Under the pieces are notes generated by a model, which was not told where the DNA came from, made no database searches, and saw only the letters and a list, made by a program, of their open reading frames with translations. Of a stretch of DNA of 64,000 bases, positions 20,161 to 30,853 are shown piece after piece. Origin of the DNA: Lachnospiraceae bacterium (GTDB lineage: Bacteria; Bacillota; Clostridia; Lachnospirales; Lachnospiraceae); NCBI GenBank assembly GCA_045597325.1, contig JAZLJJ010000011.1, positions 14,426-78,425 on the forward strand. Direction: 5' to 3'. Position 1 is the stretch's first letter; each line of letters begins with the position of its first letter. The translations under genes and the position numbers were made by a program.

Positions 20161-20835
20161 ATGGAAGAAGTAACGGTACTGGTGGTTGATGACGAAGCAA
20201 GAATGCGCAAGCTGGTTTGCGATTTCCTGGAAAAGCACGGATATAAGACGCTGGAAGCGGAAGACGGAGAACAGGCGCTGGATGTGTTCTTTGACAAGAA
20301 AAATATTGATTTGGTTATTTTGGACGTTATGATGCCGAAGATGGACGGCTGGCAGGTATGCAAGGAAATCCGGCAGTTTTCCAGGGTGCCGATTATTATG
20401 CTGACGGCCCGCACGGAAGAGCGTGATGAATTGCTCGGATTTAAGCTCGGAGTGGATGAATATATCGGAAAGCCGTTCAGCCCCAAGATTCTGATGGCAC
20501 GTGTCGATGCGATTTTGCGTCGTACCGGCCCGGAGGAAGAAAGTCTTGCCATCGGCGGAATCGTAATCGACAAGACGGCTCACAATGTTACCATCGACGG
20601 TACATTGGTTGATTTGAGTGTCAAGGAATTTGAGCTGTTGTCGTACTTTATGATGAATAAGGGCGTGGCACTGTCCCGTGAGAAAATCCTCAACAACGTG
20701 TGGAATTACGATTACTACGGGGATGCCAGAACCATTGATACCCATGTGAAGAAACTTCGCAGCAAGATGGGTGAAAAGGGAGATTACATCAAAACCATTT
20801 GGGGTATGGGATATAAATTTGACCCCGAACTGTAA
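20161..20835 (+). CDS. OmpR/PhoB-family response regulator
   Basis: Receiver LVVDDE...LVILDVMMPKMDG and winged helix ...IKTIWGMGYKF. ATG 20161 has an RBS (the ORF is open from 20056). Confidence 0.9.
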   Translation: MEEVTVLVVDDEARMRKLVCDFLEKHGYKTLEAEDGEQALDVFFDKKNIDLVILDVMMPKMDGWQVCKEIRQFSRVPIIMLTARTEERDELLGFKLGVDEYIGKPFSPKILMARVDAILRRTGPEEESLAIGGIVIDKTAHNVTIDGTLVDLSVKEFELLSYFMMNKGVALSREKILNNVWNYDYYGDARTIDTHVKKLRSKMGEKGDYIKTIWGMGYKFDPEL

Positions 20836-20916
20836 CCATACAATGCTCTGCATTCGTTTGCAGAGCATTTGCTGATTTTTTCGGAAGACGATACGGAAAG
20901 GAGAGCGGACCCCTTT

Positions 20917-22428
20917 ATGAAAGCAAAGCTGTCATTTCGATGGAAAATGCTTCTGATGTTTATCGTGCTGGTTGTCATCAGTACGGGCGGAACATGGTTC
21001 GTTTTCCGTGTTTTTATCGACAAATATTCCCAGGTTCAGAAGGTCAAGGAAATGGAAAACTGTTTCCGTACCGTCAATCAGGCATTTGGAAAAATGTCGG
21101 AAATTAACGAGAGCAAAATGAGCCTGGAATTCGCCAATAAAACGGCCAATCACTATTCCGTCATGATTATCAACCTGGAGGCACACGGGAAGCAGGCTCT
21201 GTACACAAATGAGTCCAACTCCAACCTGCGACTCCGGTATCAGCTGGCCGTCCGGTACTATATGGGCTTCGGGCAGGATAAGGAACTGGAGCAGTCCACG
21301 GTCCTGAAGGAACATGACAATTACCGGATTTACAAGCTGAAGGACAATTCCATCGATACCGAGAATCTGGACGTTTTCGGCCGGCTTGACAACGGCTGGT
21401 ATTTGCTGGTGCGGGCAAATTACATTTTGACCGAAGAGGATAACCAGATGGCAATGGATTTGCTGCTGGTGTCCGGTTTGTGCTCGCTGGTGGTCGGAAT
21501 TGTCTGCGCGGCATTTTTAAGCCGTCGTGTCACAAAGCCGATTAAGCAGATGTCCCTTCAGTCCGAGAAAATGGCGCAGATGGATTTCGATATCCGCTGT
21601 GATGTGAAATCCGGAGACGAAATCGGTGTCCTGGGACAGTCGCTGAACCGTCTGGCCGCGGAACTTCAGAAAACCGTCGGAGAACTGAAAAACGCCAACA
21701 ATGAGCTGTTGAAGGATTTGGAGAAACGTAACGAAAATGACCGAATGCGGTCGGAATTCATCGCAAACGTATCGCATGAACTGAAAACGCCGATTGCTCT
21801 GATTCAGGGCTATGCGGAAGGGCTTGCGGAAAACATTTCCGATGATGAGGAAAGCAGAACGTACTATTGTGAAGTCATTGCCGACGAAGCGGCGAAAATG
21901 AGCACGATGGTACAGAAACTTCTGAAACTGAACCAGCTGGAGTTCGGAAACAATCAGCTGGAAATCGACCGGTTTGACATTATGCCCCTGCTTCGGGGCG
22001 TTCTGGAATCAACGGCGGTTCTGCGGGAACAGAGCGGAATTACGCTTCATTTTGCGGAAACGGAGCCGATTTATGTCTGGGCGGATGAATACATGATTGA
22101 GGAAGTCATTACCAACTATGTCAGCAATGCGATTCATTATGCCACAAAAGAAAAGGAAATTGCCGTTTCCGTAAAGAAAAATGATGCAAGCCTGCGGGTT
22201 TCCGTGTATAATACAGGAGAGCCGATTCCCGAGGAAGCCCGGGAACAGATTTGGACCAAATTCTATAAGGTGGATAAGGCCAGAACGAGAGAGTACGGCG
22301 GAAGCGGAATCGGATTGTCCATCGTCAAGGCAATCATGGAACAGCATAACCACGGATACGGATTTATTAACCATGAGAACGGTGTCGAGTTCTGGTTTGA
22401 ACTGGAGATTGCCGAGCAGACGGAATGA
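20917..22428 (+). CDS. sensor histidine kinase (2 TM, HAMP, HisKA, HATPase)
   Basis: H-box SHELKTPIALIQGY, N box NAIHYA, G box GGSGIGLSIVK. Lies downstream of the response regulator. Confidence 0.9.
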   Translation: MKAKLSFRWKMLLMFIVLVVISTGGTWFVFRVFIDKYSQVQKVKEMENCFRTVNQAFGKMSEINESKMSLEFANKTANHYSVMIINLEAHGKQALYTNESNSNLRLRYQLAVRYYMGFGQDKELEQSTVLKEHDNYRIYKLKDNSIDTENLDVFGRLDNGWYLLVRANYILTEEDNQMAMDLLLVSGLCSLVVGIVCAAFLSRRVTKPIKQMSLQSEKMAQMDFDIRCDVKSGDEIGVLGQSLNRLAAELQKTVGELKNANNELLKDLEKRNENDRMRSEFIANVSHELKTPIALIQGYAEGLAENISDDEESRTYYCEVIADEAAKMSTMVQKLLKLNQLEFGNNQLEIDRFDIMPLLRGVLESTAVLREQSGITLHFAETEPIYVWADEYMIEEVITNYVSNAIHYATKEKEIAVSVKKNDASLRVSVYNTGEPIPEEAREQIWTKFYKVDKARTREYGGSGIGLSIVKAIMEQHNHGYGFINHENGVEFWFELEIAEQTE

Positions 22429-22455
22429 CGAAGGAACGTATTTTGGAGGATACCA

Positions 22456-23058
22456 ATGATAGCAATTATCGATTATGATGCAGGAAATATACAGAGCGTG
22501 GTCAATGCGTTGAATGCACTCGGACTGGACAATACGGTAACCGGGGATCCGGAAGTAATCCGGCGTGCGGACCGCGTGATTCTGCCCGGTGTCGGAGCGT
22601 TTGGCGATGCCATGAACAAACTGCACGAACGGGGACTGATTGAGGTTATCCGGGAGGTTGCGAAGACGAAACCGTTTTTGGGCATTTGTCTCGGGTTACA
22701 GCTGATGTTTGAATCCAGCGAGGAAGCACCCGGGGTGAGCGGACTCGGACTGTTGCCGGGAACCGTAGTGAAAATTCCCGAGGGCGACGGTCGGAAGATT
22801 CCGCATATCGGCTGGAATGATTTGACATTCCCGAAGGAATCCCGATTATTTCGGAAGGTTCCGGAAGGAAGCTATGTATATTTTGTCCATTCGTATTATC
22901 TGAAGGCGGGAAATCCCGACGATGTTGCGGCAACGACCGAGTACGGTCCGGTGATTCATGCGGCCGTGGAGCATGACAATATCTTCGCGTGTCAGTTCCA
23001 TCCGGAGAAGAGCGGCGATGTCGGAAGTCAAATTTTGAAGAATTTTGCCAGAGCATAA
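22456..23058 (+). CDS. hisH: imidazole glycerol phosphate synthase, glutaminase subunit
   Basis: 200 aa. GICLGLQLM (nucleophile Cys) and QFHPEKS. Confidence 0.9.
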   Translation: MIAIIDYDAGNIQSVVNALNALGLDNTVTGDPEVIRRADRVILPGVGAFGDAMNKLHERGLIEVIREVAKTKPFLGICLGLQLMFESSEEAPGVSGLGLLPGTVVKIPEGDGRKIPHIGWNDLTFPKESRLFRKVPEGSYVYFVHSYYLKAGNPDDVAATTEYGPVIHAAVEHDNIFACQFHPEKSGDVGSQILKNFARA

Positions 23059-23084
23059 AATACGAAACGGAAAAGGAAAATGTG

Positions 23085-23843
23085 ATGTTTACGAAACGAA
23101 TAATTCCATGTCTGGATGTTCACAACGGACGTGTTGTAAAAGGTATTAATTTTGTGAATCTGCGAGATGCCGGAGACCCGGTCGAGGTCGGTAAGGCATA
23201 CGGAAAAGCCGGAGCGGACGAACTTGTATTTTTGGATATTACGGCATCCTCGGATGCCAGAACCATTCGAAAGGAAATGGTCCGCAGAGTGGCGGAACAG
23301 GTCTTTATTCCGTTCACCGTCGGCGGCGGAATCCGCAGCGTGGATGATTTTCGAATGATTTTGCGCGAGGGCGCCGATAAAGTTGCGGTGAATTCGGCCG
23401 CAATTATGAACCCGCCGCTCATTTCGGAAGCGGCCATGAAGTTCGGAAGCCAGTGTGTGGTTGTGGCCATCGATGCCAAGCGGATGAAGGACGGAACCTG
23501 GCACATTTTCAAAAACGGCGGTCGTATCGATATGGGAATCGATGCCGTGGAATGGGCCGCTCGTGCAGAGCAGCTGGGAGCGGGAGAAATTCTTCTGACC
23601 AGCATGGACTGTGACGGAACGAAGGACGGATATGATATTGAACTGACAAAGGCGATTTCTTCGGAATTGTCCATTCCGGTTATTGCATCGGGCGGAGCGG
23701 GAACCTGCGAGCATTTTTACGAGGCACTGACCGAGGGCGGAGCGGAAGCGGCGCTTGCCGCAACCCTGTTCCATTACAAGGAGTTGGAGATTTCCGAGTT
23801 GAAGCGATATTTGAGAGAACGCGGAGTCAGCGTGCGTCTCTAA
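23085..23843 (+). CDS. hisF: imidazole glycerol phosphate synthase, cyclase subunit
   Basis: [34 protein letters not shown] 23085 chosen (the ORF is open from 22989). Confidence 0.9.
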   Translation: MFTKRIIPCLDVHNGRVVKGINFVNLRDAGDPVEVGKAYGKAGADELVFLDITASSDARTIRKEMVRRVAEQVFIPFTVGGGIRSVDDFRMILREGADKVAVNSAAIMNPPLISEAAMKFGSQCVVVAIDAKRMKDGTWHIFKNGGRIDMGIDAVEWAARAEQLGAGEILLTSMDCDGTKDGYDIELTKAISSELSIPVIASGGAGTCEHFYEALTEGGAEAALAATLFHYKELEISELKRYLRERGVSVRL

Positions 23844-23852
23844 GGAGGAACC

Positions 23853-24542
23853 ATGGCCGTTATTCAGCAGGATTGGACCGGATTTCTGAAAGAGGAATTT
23901 GCAAAGCCGTATTATCGGTCGTTGAGCTCATTTATCAAAGACGAGTATGCGGGAGCGCGGGTGTATCCGCCGAAGGACGAGATTTTCGAAGCCTTCCGCT
24001 ATACGTCCCGGTCACAGGTGAAGGTTCTGATTCTCGGACAGGATCCGTATCACGAGGAACACCAGGCACACGGACTGTGCTTTTCGGTTCAGCCCGGAAC
24101 GGAAATCCCGCCGTCCTTACAGAACATTTACAAGGAACTTGAACAGGATTGCGGCTGTTATATTCCGGACAACGGGTATCTGGTCAAATGGGCCGAGCAG
24201 GGTGTCCTGCTGCTCAACACGGTGCTGACGGTACGTGCACATCAGGCAAATTCGCATCAGAACAGAGGCTGGGAGCAGTTTACGGACGCGGTGATTCGGG
24301 CCGTGAACGGGGAAGACCGGCCGGTTGTGTATATGCTGTGGGGCAAGCCGGCGCAATCCAAAATACCGATGCTGACCAATCCGAAACATTTGATTCTGAC
24401 GGCACCTCATCCGAGCCCGCTGTCGGCATATCGCGGATTTTTCGGATGTCATCATTTCAGTAAAGCAAATGAATTTCTGCGGAAGAACGGAGAAGCTCCG
24501 ATTGACTGGCAGATAGAAAATATCATGGCAGGAGGTAAATGA
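23853..24542 (+). CDS. ung: uracil-DNA glycosylase (family 1)
   Basis: GQDPYH and HPSPLSA motifs, 229 aa. Confidence 0.92.
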   Translation: MAVIQQDWTGFLKEEFAKPYYRSLSSFIKDEYAGARVYPPKDEIFEAFRYTSRSQVKVLILGQDPYHEEHQAHGLCFSVQPGTEIPPSLQNIYKELEQDCGCYIPDNGYLVKWAEQGVLLLNTVLTVRAHQANSHQNRGWEQFTDAVIRAVNGEDRPVVYMLWGKPAQSKIPMLTNPKHLILTAPHPSPLSAYRGFFGCHHFSKANEFLRKNGEAPIDWQIENIMAGGK

Positions 24543-25420
24543 CGATGGCAGAGTTTCATTCTGACATAACCTATGAGGATTTTCATCCGACCGTGCTGTA
24601 CTGCAGCCGCGTTCGTGATGCCAGACTGACGTATTATCATTCGCATTCCATTCTGGAAATTGCGTACATCCTGTCGGGACGCGGACAGTACCTTGTGGAC
24701 GGGGTCACGTATGAGGTTTCGCAGGGAGATTTGCTGGTTTGTAATCCGGGCGTGATGCACCAAAGTATCATTACCAACCCGGCCGACCCGACGCTGGAAT
24801 TTGTTGCCGGCCTGTCCGATATTCATTTTCTGGACATGGAGCCGAATCACATTCAGACGCCGAACGGAAGCCCCGTCATTTCCCTGAGCAATGAGCTGAA
24901 GCGGGAAATCAGCCGGTGCTGCTATGAGATTATCGATGAAAATATGTCCACGCAGCCCGGACGGTATTATCTCGTTCAGGCGCAAATGATGAAAATGCTG
25001 ATTCTGATTTATCGCTCCATCACCGAAAAGCCGAGAGATGAAATCGTTGGCGTTACGTTCGAAAGTTATTCGAAAAATTATGTTGTGCAGAAAATTATTC
25101 AGTATCTGAAGGCCAATTATTCGCAGCACATTTCGCTGGACCAGATTGCACAGAATATGTATCTGAGCCCGGTGTACATTTCCAAAATTTTTAAAGAAAA
25201 AACAGGCGATTCCCCGATTAATTATCTGATTCAGATTCGACTCGGGAAGGCCAAGGAAATGCTGGAAGAAAACCGCGGAAGTATTCGGATGATTGCGGCA
25301 CAGGTCGGTTATGACGACGTGTATCATTTCAGTAAACTGTTTAAAAAGCATTACGGTGTGTCCCCGTTGTTTTATCGGAAATCCGTCATCGGAGATGCGT
25401 CGGCCGGCTTGGAAGAATAG
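24539..25420 (+). CDS. AraC-family transcriptional regulator (cupin + HTH)
   Basis: Cupin-like N-terminus and a C-terminal HTH_AraC ...GDSPINYLIQIRLGKAKEML...FSKLFKKHYGVSP. It overlaps the ung stop by 4 nt (ATGA). Confidence 0.88.
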   Translation: MTMAEFHSDITYEDFHPTVLYCSRVRDARLTYYHSHSILEIAYILSGRGQYLVDGVTYEVSQGDLLVCNPGVMHQSIITNPADPTLEFVAGLSDIHFLDMEPNHIQTPNGSPVISLSNELKREISRCCYEIIDENMSTQPGRYYLVQAQMMKMLILIYRSITEKPRDEIVGVTFESYSKNYVVQKIIQYLKANYSQHISLDQIAQNMYLSPVYISKIFKEKTGDSPINYLIQIRLGKAKEMLEENRGSIRMIAAQVGYDDVYHFSKLFKKHYGVSPLFYRKSVIGDASAGLEE

Positions 25421-25550
25421 GAAATTGCGGGAACGGCGGCCGAGCCGGTGAGGACAATGCGGGAACGGCGGCTGAGCCGGTGAGGACAATGCGGGAACGG
25501 CGGCCGAGCCGGTGAGATGACGGCAGTGCGGCACGCGCCGGAATTGCGGG
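25400..25550. repeat. tandem repeat, 32 bp x 3 plus a partial fourth, directly after the AraC-family stop codon
   Basis: TGCGGGAACGGCGG recurs at 25426, 25458 and 25490 (and 25535). The last ~20 nt of the CDS resemble a diverged unit. Confidence 0.9.
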
Positions 25551-25578
25551 AACGGTCCACACGGAGAAAGGAGACAAG

Positions 25579-26319
25579 ATGGACGAAAACGGAAAACGTT
25601 TTGCGGAGATTTTGAAAAACAGTAACAACGTAGTGTTCTTCGGTGGAGCGGGGGTGTCCACGGCAAGTAACATCCCGGATTTTCGAAGCGCCAACGGACT
25701 GTTTCATCAGAAACTGCATCGGACACTGTCTCCGGAGGAAATGGTTTCCCACAGCTTTTTTGAACGCTATACAGACGATTTTTATGCCTTTTACCGGACG
25801 CATCTGGTGTATCCGGGCGCAGAGCCGAATGCCTGTCATACGGCACTGGCCGAGCTGGAAGCCATGGGAAAACTGAAGGCGATTGTAACACAGAACATCG
25901 ACGGCCTGCATCAGAAGGCGGGTTCGAAAACAGTATTCGAACTTCACGGTTCGGTGCTCCGGAATTACTGCACGAAATGCCGTAAGTTTTACGGAGTGGA
26001 GAAAATACTCGAATCGGACGGAATTCCGACATGTACGTGCGGCGGCATCGTAAAGCCGGACGTCGTACTGTATGAGGAAGGACTGGATGACAACATCATT
26101 GACGGTGCGATTCGGGCTATTTTGGAAGCGGATGTGCTGATTGTCGGGGGGACGTCGCTTGTCGTATATCCGGCGGCGGGACTGATTCAGTATTTTCGCG
26201 GAAAGCATCTGATTTTGATTAATCGGACGGAAACACAGGCGGACCGTCACGCGGAGCTGGTATTCCGTGACGATATCGCGACGGTGATGAAAGAAGTTGC
26301 GGACGAACTGAAGCGATAA
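25579..26319 (+). CDS. cobB: NAD-dependent protein deacylase (Sir2 family)
   Basis: GAGVSTASNIPDFRS, QNIDGLH, and zinc ribbon CTKC...CTCGG. Confidence 0.9.
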   Translation: MDENGKRFAEILKNSNNVVFFGGAGVSTASNIPDFRSANGLFHQKLHRTLSPEEMVSHSFFERYTDDFYAFYRTHLVYPGAEPNACHTALAELEAMGKLKAIVTQNIDGLHQKAGSKTVFELHGSVLRNYCTKCRKFYGVEKILESDGIPTCTCGGIVKPDVVLYEEGLDDNIIDGAIRAILEADVLIVGGTSLVVYPAAGLIQYFRGKHLILINRTETQADRHAELVFRDDIATVMKEVADELKR

Positions 26320-26425
26320 GGATATCCCGAACGGATGTCCTGCGCGGGAGGTTTCCATGCTTGCATTTTTTGGAAATATCACATATACTGTACATGCGTG
26401 ATTTTTAGTTAGCAGGAGGATTCAA

Positions 26426-28540
26426 TTGAGTACACAAAACAACGAGAACGGAAACGGAGGAAAGAACGACAACAACAAAAAGAAGGGACTGGCGACAAGA
26501 ATCATTGCCACTATTATCATTTCCCTCATTTTTATTTGTTGCTGGATGTATGTTTCGTCCGAAATCGATAAGGTTCAAAATAAGGAAATCAGCTACGATG
26601 AATTCCTGGCAATGCTGGAAACCGATACCATCGAGAAACTGGAAATTCAGGAGGATTACGACAAAATCGTAATCACACCGAAGGAAGGCACGGCGGAGGA
26701 TAAGCGGACCAAGACGTATTATACGGGAATCATTACCGGAGACGAGGAACTGGTTGCCCGGTTGGAACGGGCGAGAGCGAGAATGGAACAGGAAGGCAAA
26801 GAGCCGTTCACCTATGAAAGACCGACGGTGGATAAGGGAACGACGCTGATTGACATTGTATTGTCATATGTTCTTCCGTTCGTATTTTTCTATCTGGTTC
26901 TTTGGGGTCTGTACCGCATGCTTACGAAAAACGGCGGAATCGGCGGACTCGGTGCCGGCAAATCGACGGCCAAGATGTATGTCGAGAAAGAAACCGGAAT
27001 TACTTTTAAGGATGTTGCGGGACAGGAGGAAGCCAAGGAATCCGTTTTGGAACTTGTGGATTTCCTGCATGACCCGGCAAAATATACCAGAATCGGTGCG
27101 AAACTGCCGAAGGGTGCGCTGCTGGTCGGCCCGCCCGGAACCGGTAAAACGCTGTTGGCCAAGGCCGTTGCGGGAGAAGCGAAGGTACCGTTCTTCTCAC
27201 TGTCCGGTTCGGATTTTGTAGAAATGTATGTCGGTGTCGGTGCGTCCCGAGTTCGTGATTTGTTCCGTCAGGCGCAGTCGATGGCACCGTGTATCGTATT
27301 TATTGATGAGATTGTTGCCATCGGTAAGAGCCGTGACAGCAGATACGGCGGCGGAAATGATGAGCGGGAACAGACACTGAACCAGCTCCTTGCCGAAATG
27401 GACGGCTTTGATACGTCCAAGGGTATTGTCATTTTGGCTGCGACAAACCGTCCCGAGGTATTGGATAAGGCACTTCTCCGTCCGGGTCGATTTGACCGCC
27501 GGATTATTGTTGACAAGCCGGATTTGAAAGGCCGTCTGGCAACACTGAAGGTACATGCGAAGAACGTATTGATGCACGATTCCGTTGATTTGGAAGAGAT
27601 TGCACTGGCTACGAGCGGTGCGGTCGGTTCCGATTTGGCCAATATTATCAATGAAGCCGCAATTCTTGCCGTTAAGGAAGGACGTTCCGTGGTACGGCAG
27701 TCCGACCTGATGGAATCGGTGGAAGTTGTATTTGCGGGAAAAGAGAAGAAAGACCGGATCCTCGGACCGGAGGAGAAGCGAATCGTCGCTTACCACGAAG
27801 TCGGTCATGCCCTGGTAGCAGCACTTCAGAAGGGTGCCGAGCCGGTTCAGAAGATTACCATAGTTCCGAGAACCATGGGAGCCCTCGGGTACACCATGCA
27901 GGTTCCGGAAGAAGAAAAATACCTGAATTCCAAAGAGGAAATCCTCATTTCCCTTCGAACTTTCTGCGGCGGTCGTGCTGCGGAAGCGGTGAAATTCAAT
28001 TCCGTAACGACCGGTGCCAGCAATGATATCGAGAGAGCAACGGCACTGGCCCGTCAGATGATTACCATGTACGGTATGTCGGATGAGTTCGGAATGGTTG
28101 CACTGGAAACGGTGGAAAGCAGATATCTGGACGGACGTCCGGTTGTGACCTGCAGTAACGAGACGGCAACCAAGATTGACGATGAAGTGAAGCGGATTAT
28201 GTCGGAATGCTATAACGAAGCGGTTCGCATGCTGACGGAAAATATGGAAATTATGGACGAAGCGGCAAACTTCCTGATTGAAAAGGAAACGATTACCGGC
28301 AAGCAGTTCATGGAGATTTTCAACCGTCATCGCGGAATTGTCGAAACGACATCGGATGCGCCCGCAGAGGAGCAGTCCGTTATCGGGAGTTCGTCGGTTG
28401 AGCCTGCAGAAGAACTGAACACGGCAGAGCCGGCAACGGCAGAGCCGAAGACGGAAGAGTCGAACACGGAAGAGCCGAAGACGGCAGAGCCGAAGACGGA
28501 AGAGCCGGCAACGGAAAACCGGAGTACGCTCGGAGTGTAA
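26426..28540 (+). CDS. ftsH: ATP-dependent zinc metalloprotease FtsH
   Basis: TM helices, Walker A GPPGTGKT, second region of homology, HEVGHAL zinc site. TTG start with AGGAGG 7 nt upstream. C-terminal (T-A/E-E-P-K/A) repeat tail. Confidence 0.95.
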   Translation: MSTQNNENGNGGKNDNNKKKGLATRIIATIIISLIFICCWMYVSSEIDKVQNKEISYDEFLAMLETDTIEKLEIQEDYDKIVITPKEGTAEDKRTKTYYTGIITGDEELVARLERARARMEQEGKEPFTYERPTVDKGTTLIDIVLSYVLPFVFFYLVLWGLYRMLTKNGGIGGLGAGKSTAKMYVEKETGITFKDVAGQEEAKESVLELVDFLHDPAKYTRIGAKLPKGALLVGPPGTGKTLLAKAVAGEAKVPFFSLSGSDFVEMYVGVGASRVRDLFRQAQSMAPCIVFIDEIVAIGKSRDSRYGGGNDEREQTLNQLLAEMDGFDTSKGIVILAATNRPEVLDKALLRPGRFDRRIIVDKPDLKGRLATLKVHAKNVLMHDSVDLEEIALATSGAVGSDLANIINEAAILAVKEGRSVVRQSDLMESVEVVFAGKEKKDRILGPEEKRIVAYHEVGHALVAALQKGAEPVQKITIVPRTMGALGYTMQVPEEEKYLNSKEEILISLRTFCGGRAAEAVKFNSVTTGASNDIERATALARQMITMYGMSDEFGMVALETVESRYLDGRPVVTCSNETATKIDDEVKRIMSECYNEAVRMLTENMEIMDEAANFLIEKETITGKQFMEIFNRHRGIVETTSDAPAEEQSVIGSSSVEPAEELNTAEPATAEPKTEESNTEEPKTAEPKTEEPATENRSTLGV

Positions 28541-28607
28541 TCCGATACCGGCTGACACGACAATTGTTCCGCGGACGGTCCGAACAATGAGTATGAATGG
28601 CAACGGG

Positions 28608-28638
28608 CCGGGAACCGCATGTTCCCGGTCCGGTCTTT
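28608..28638 (+). terminator. terminator-like hairpin after ftsH
   Basis: CCGGGAAC-CGCAT-GTTCCCGG followed by TCCGGTCTTT (a weak T-tract). Confidence 0.5.
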
Positions 28639-28768
28639 ATCTCATAGGAAAGTTCGTCCTATGAGATAAAAAAACGCTTCGCGAGGATGCACACGCCTGT
28701 GCAGAGGAAAAATGTCGCTTCGCGACGCACAGGCGGCGCGAGCATATCGCAAGCGATATGCTTTGTTC
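28639..28768 (+). repeat. structured ~130-nt intergenic element, copy 3
   Basis: Near-identical to copies 4-6, from ATCTCATAGGAAAGTTCGTCCTATGAGAT to GAGCATATCGCAAGCGATATGCTTTGTTC. Confidence 0.95.
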
Positions 28769-28836
28769 CACGGCTGCGAAAGAAATCAGCTGCCGTTTTG
28801 GAAATTCGACGTAGAGAAAACCGAAAGGAGAAACGC

Positions 28837-30747
28837 ATGAAAGAGTTTGATATTCGGGAAGAATTGAAAAAACTGCCGAACTGCCCCGGCGTTTATATTA
28901 TGCATGACTGCAATGACCGGATTTTGTATGTCGGCAAAGCAAAAATTCTGAAACGCCGCGTCAGTCAGTATTTTCGCCCCGGACAGAAGCTGATGCCGAA
29001 AATCCGGAAAATGGTTTCGCTCGTCAACTGGTTTGAATACATAGTGGTCGGAACCGAGCTGGAGTCTCTTGTTCTGGAAAATAACCTGATCAAGGAACAT
29101 CGTCCGCCGTACAACACTCTCCTGAAAGATGACAAGACGTATCCGTTTATCAAGGTGACAACGGACGAGGCATTTCCGAGAGTGGTGGTGACCCGAAAAC
29201 AGCTGAAAGATAAGGCAAAATATTTCGGCCCGTACACCAACGGGGTGGCGGTCAACGATACCGTGGACTTAATCAACAAGATTTATCATATCCGAACCTG
29301 CACCAGAACGCTGCCGGCGGAGTCCGGAACGATGCGGCCGTGCCTGTATTATCAGCTGCATCAGTGCGACGCCCCGTGCATCGGAAACATTTCCGAAGAA
29401 CAGTACGGGAAAATGGTGGAGAAGGTACTGAAGTTCCTCGGACGTGACTATTCCGACGGAATTGCGTATCTCGAACAGCGCATGGCAGCAGCCAGTGAAG
29501 CCATGGAATATGAGCAGGCGGCCGAATACCGGGATTTGATTACCCGCGTCAAGGCGTTGTCGCAGACGCAGCGCGCAAATGATTCACATATCGAGGAACG
29601 CGACATCATCGCCATGGTTCGGGAAAACGGACACTGCGTGGTTCAGGTATTTTTCGAACGGGACGGCAAACTGATCGGCCGGGAACATTTTCATATGACG
29701 GAGACCGGAGAACGGGAACAGGCGGAAATTATGACGGAATTTATCAAGCAGTATTATGAGGGAACGCCGTATATTCCGAAGGAAATTCTGGTCGAGGTGC
29801 TGCCGGACGAGCAGGAGCTGCTGACCGAATGGCTGAGCAACAAAAAAGGGCGGCCGGTTCATTTTACGGAACCGAAAATCGGCGGCAAGGAGCGGCTGGT
29901 CGAGCTTGCCAGGGACAATGCAAGAATGGTTATCCGAAAGGATTTGGATAAAATTACAAAAGAAGAGAAGCGAACGCTCGGCGCGATGCAGGCATTGGCG
30001 GGGCTGCTCGGCATGGAGAATCTGCATCGAATCGAATCCTACGATATATCCAATATCAGCGGATTCCACAGTGTCGGTTCCATGGTGGTATTTGTGGACG
30101 GCCGTGCCAAAACGCAGGATTATCGGAAATTCCGAATCCGCAGCGTGGACGGACCCAACGATTATGCGTCCATGCAGGAGGTTCTGACCCGTCGGTTTAC
30201 GCATGGCCTGAAGGAACTGGAGGAGGCAAAGGATACCGGATTTTCGCGCCTCCCGGACGTGCTTCTGATGGATGGCGGCGAGGGCCAAATCGGTGTAGCC
30301 GAGGACGTTCTGGCGTCGCTCGGACTGAGCATTCCGGTGTGCGGCATGGTCAAGGACGACCACCATCGTACCCGCGGATTGTTGTTTCAGGGCAGGGAAA
30401 TTGCACTTTCCGCAGCCAGCCGTGGAAATGAGTCCGCAACCGAGGAAGTAGCCTCTCTGGTGACGAGAATTCAGGATGAAACGCACCGATTTGCCATAGA
30501 ATATCACAAGAGCCTGCGTTCCAAAGCCCAGGTGCATTCCGCACTCGACGATATTCCGGGCATCGGACCGACCCGCCGGAGAACGCTGATGACGTATTAT
30601 CGAAGCATGGCGGAACTTCGTGAGGCGGCGCAGGAAGATTTGGAGAAACTTCCGGGGATGAACCGTGCGGTGGCACAGACGGTGTATGAGTATCTGCATG
30701 CGGAGAATACGACGGAAGCGCCGGCCGAACCGGACAGCGAGGAATAA
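28837..30747 (+). CDS. uvrC: excinuclease ABC subunit C
   Basis: GIY-YIG N-terminus PGVYIMHD...ILYVGKAK, UVR domain, C-terminal HhH. ATG 28837 has an AAAGGAG RBS. The longer ORF from 28687 runs through the repeat element and is rejected. Confidence 0.95.
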   Translation: MKEFDIREELKKLPNCPGVYIMHDCNDRILYVGKAKILKRRVSQYFRPGQKLMPKIRKMVSLVNWFEYIVVGTELESLVLENNLIKEHRPPYNTLLKDDKTYPFIKVTTDEAFPRVVVTRKQLKDKAKYFGPYTNGVAVNDTVDLINKIYHIRTCTRTLPAESGTMRPCLYYQLHQCDAPCIGNISEEQYGKMVEKVLKFLGRDYSDGIAYLEQRMAAASEAMEYEQAAEYRDLITRVKALSQTQRANDSHIEERDIIAMVRENGHCVVQVFFERDGKLIGREHFHMTETGEREQAEIMTEFIKQYYEGTPYIPKEILVEVLPDEQELLTEWLSNKKGRPVHFTEPKIGGKERLVELARDNARMVIRKDLDKITKEEKRTLGAMQALAGLLGMENLHRIESYDISNISGFHSVGSMVVFVDGRAKTQDYRKFRIRSVDGPNDYASMQEVLTRRFTHGLKELEEAKDTGFSRLPDVLLMDGGEGQIGVAEDVLASLGLSIPVCGMVKDDHHRTRGLLFQGREIALSAASRGNESATEEVASLVTRIQDETHRFAIEYHKSLRSKAQVHSALDDIPGIGPTRRRTLMTYYRSMAELREAAQEDLEKLPGMNRAVAQTVYEYLHAENTTEAPAEPDSEE

Positions 30748-30853
30748 CCGAAAATGCGTTGCATTTAGAGGTTGCCTGATTTATAATACAAGTTGAAACA
30801 GATTGCCGGAGCGGCACATTTGGCATGCTTCGGAGAAAACGGAGGATATCGGT

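Noticed and set aside
22456-23843. hisH-hisF without neighbouring his genes, as a possible non-histidine (sugar-modification) amidotransferase pair.
   Set aside because: It cannot be evaluated without the rest of the genome. The flanking genes (two-component system, ung) give no pathway context, and both proteins carry standard HisH/HisF motifs.
28687-28836. N-terminal extension of uvrC (MHTPVQRKNVASRRTGG...), and the similar 83-aa ORF at 48145..48396.
   Set aside because: The extension is simply a reading frame through the 130-nt repeat element. The ATG abuts GAGG with no spacer. The true uvrC start at 28837 has a proper RBS and the conserved GIY-YIG N-terminus.
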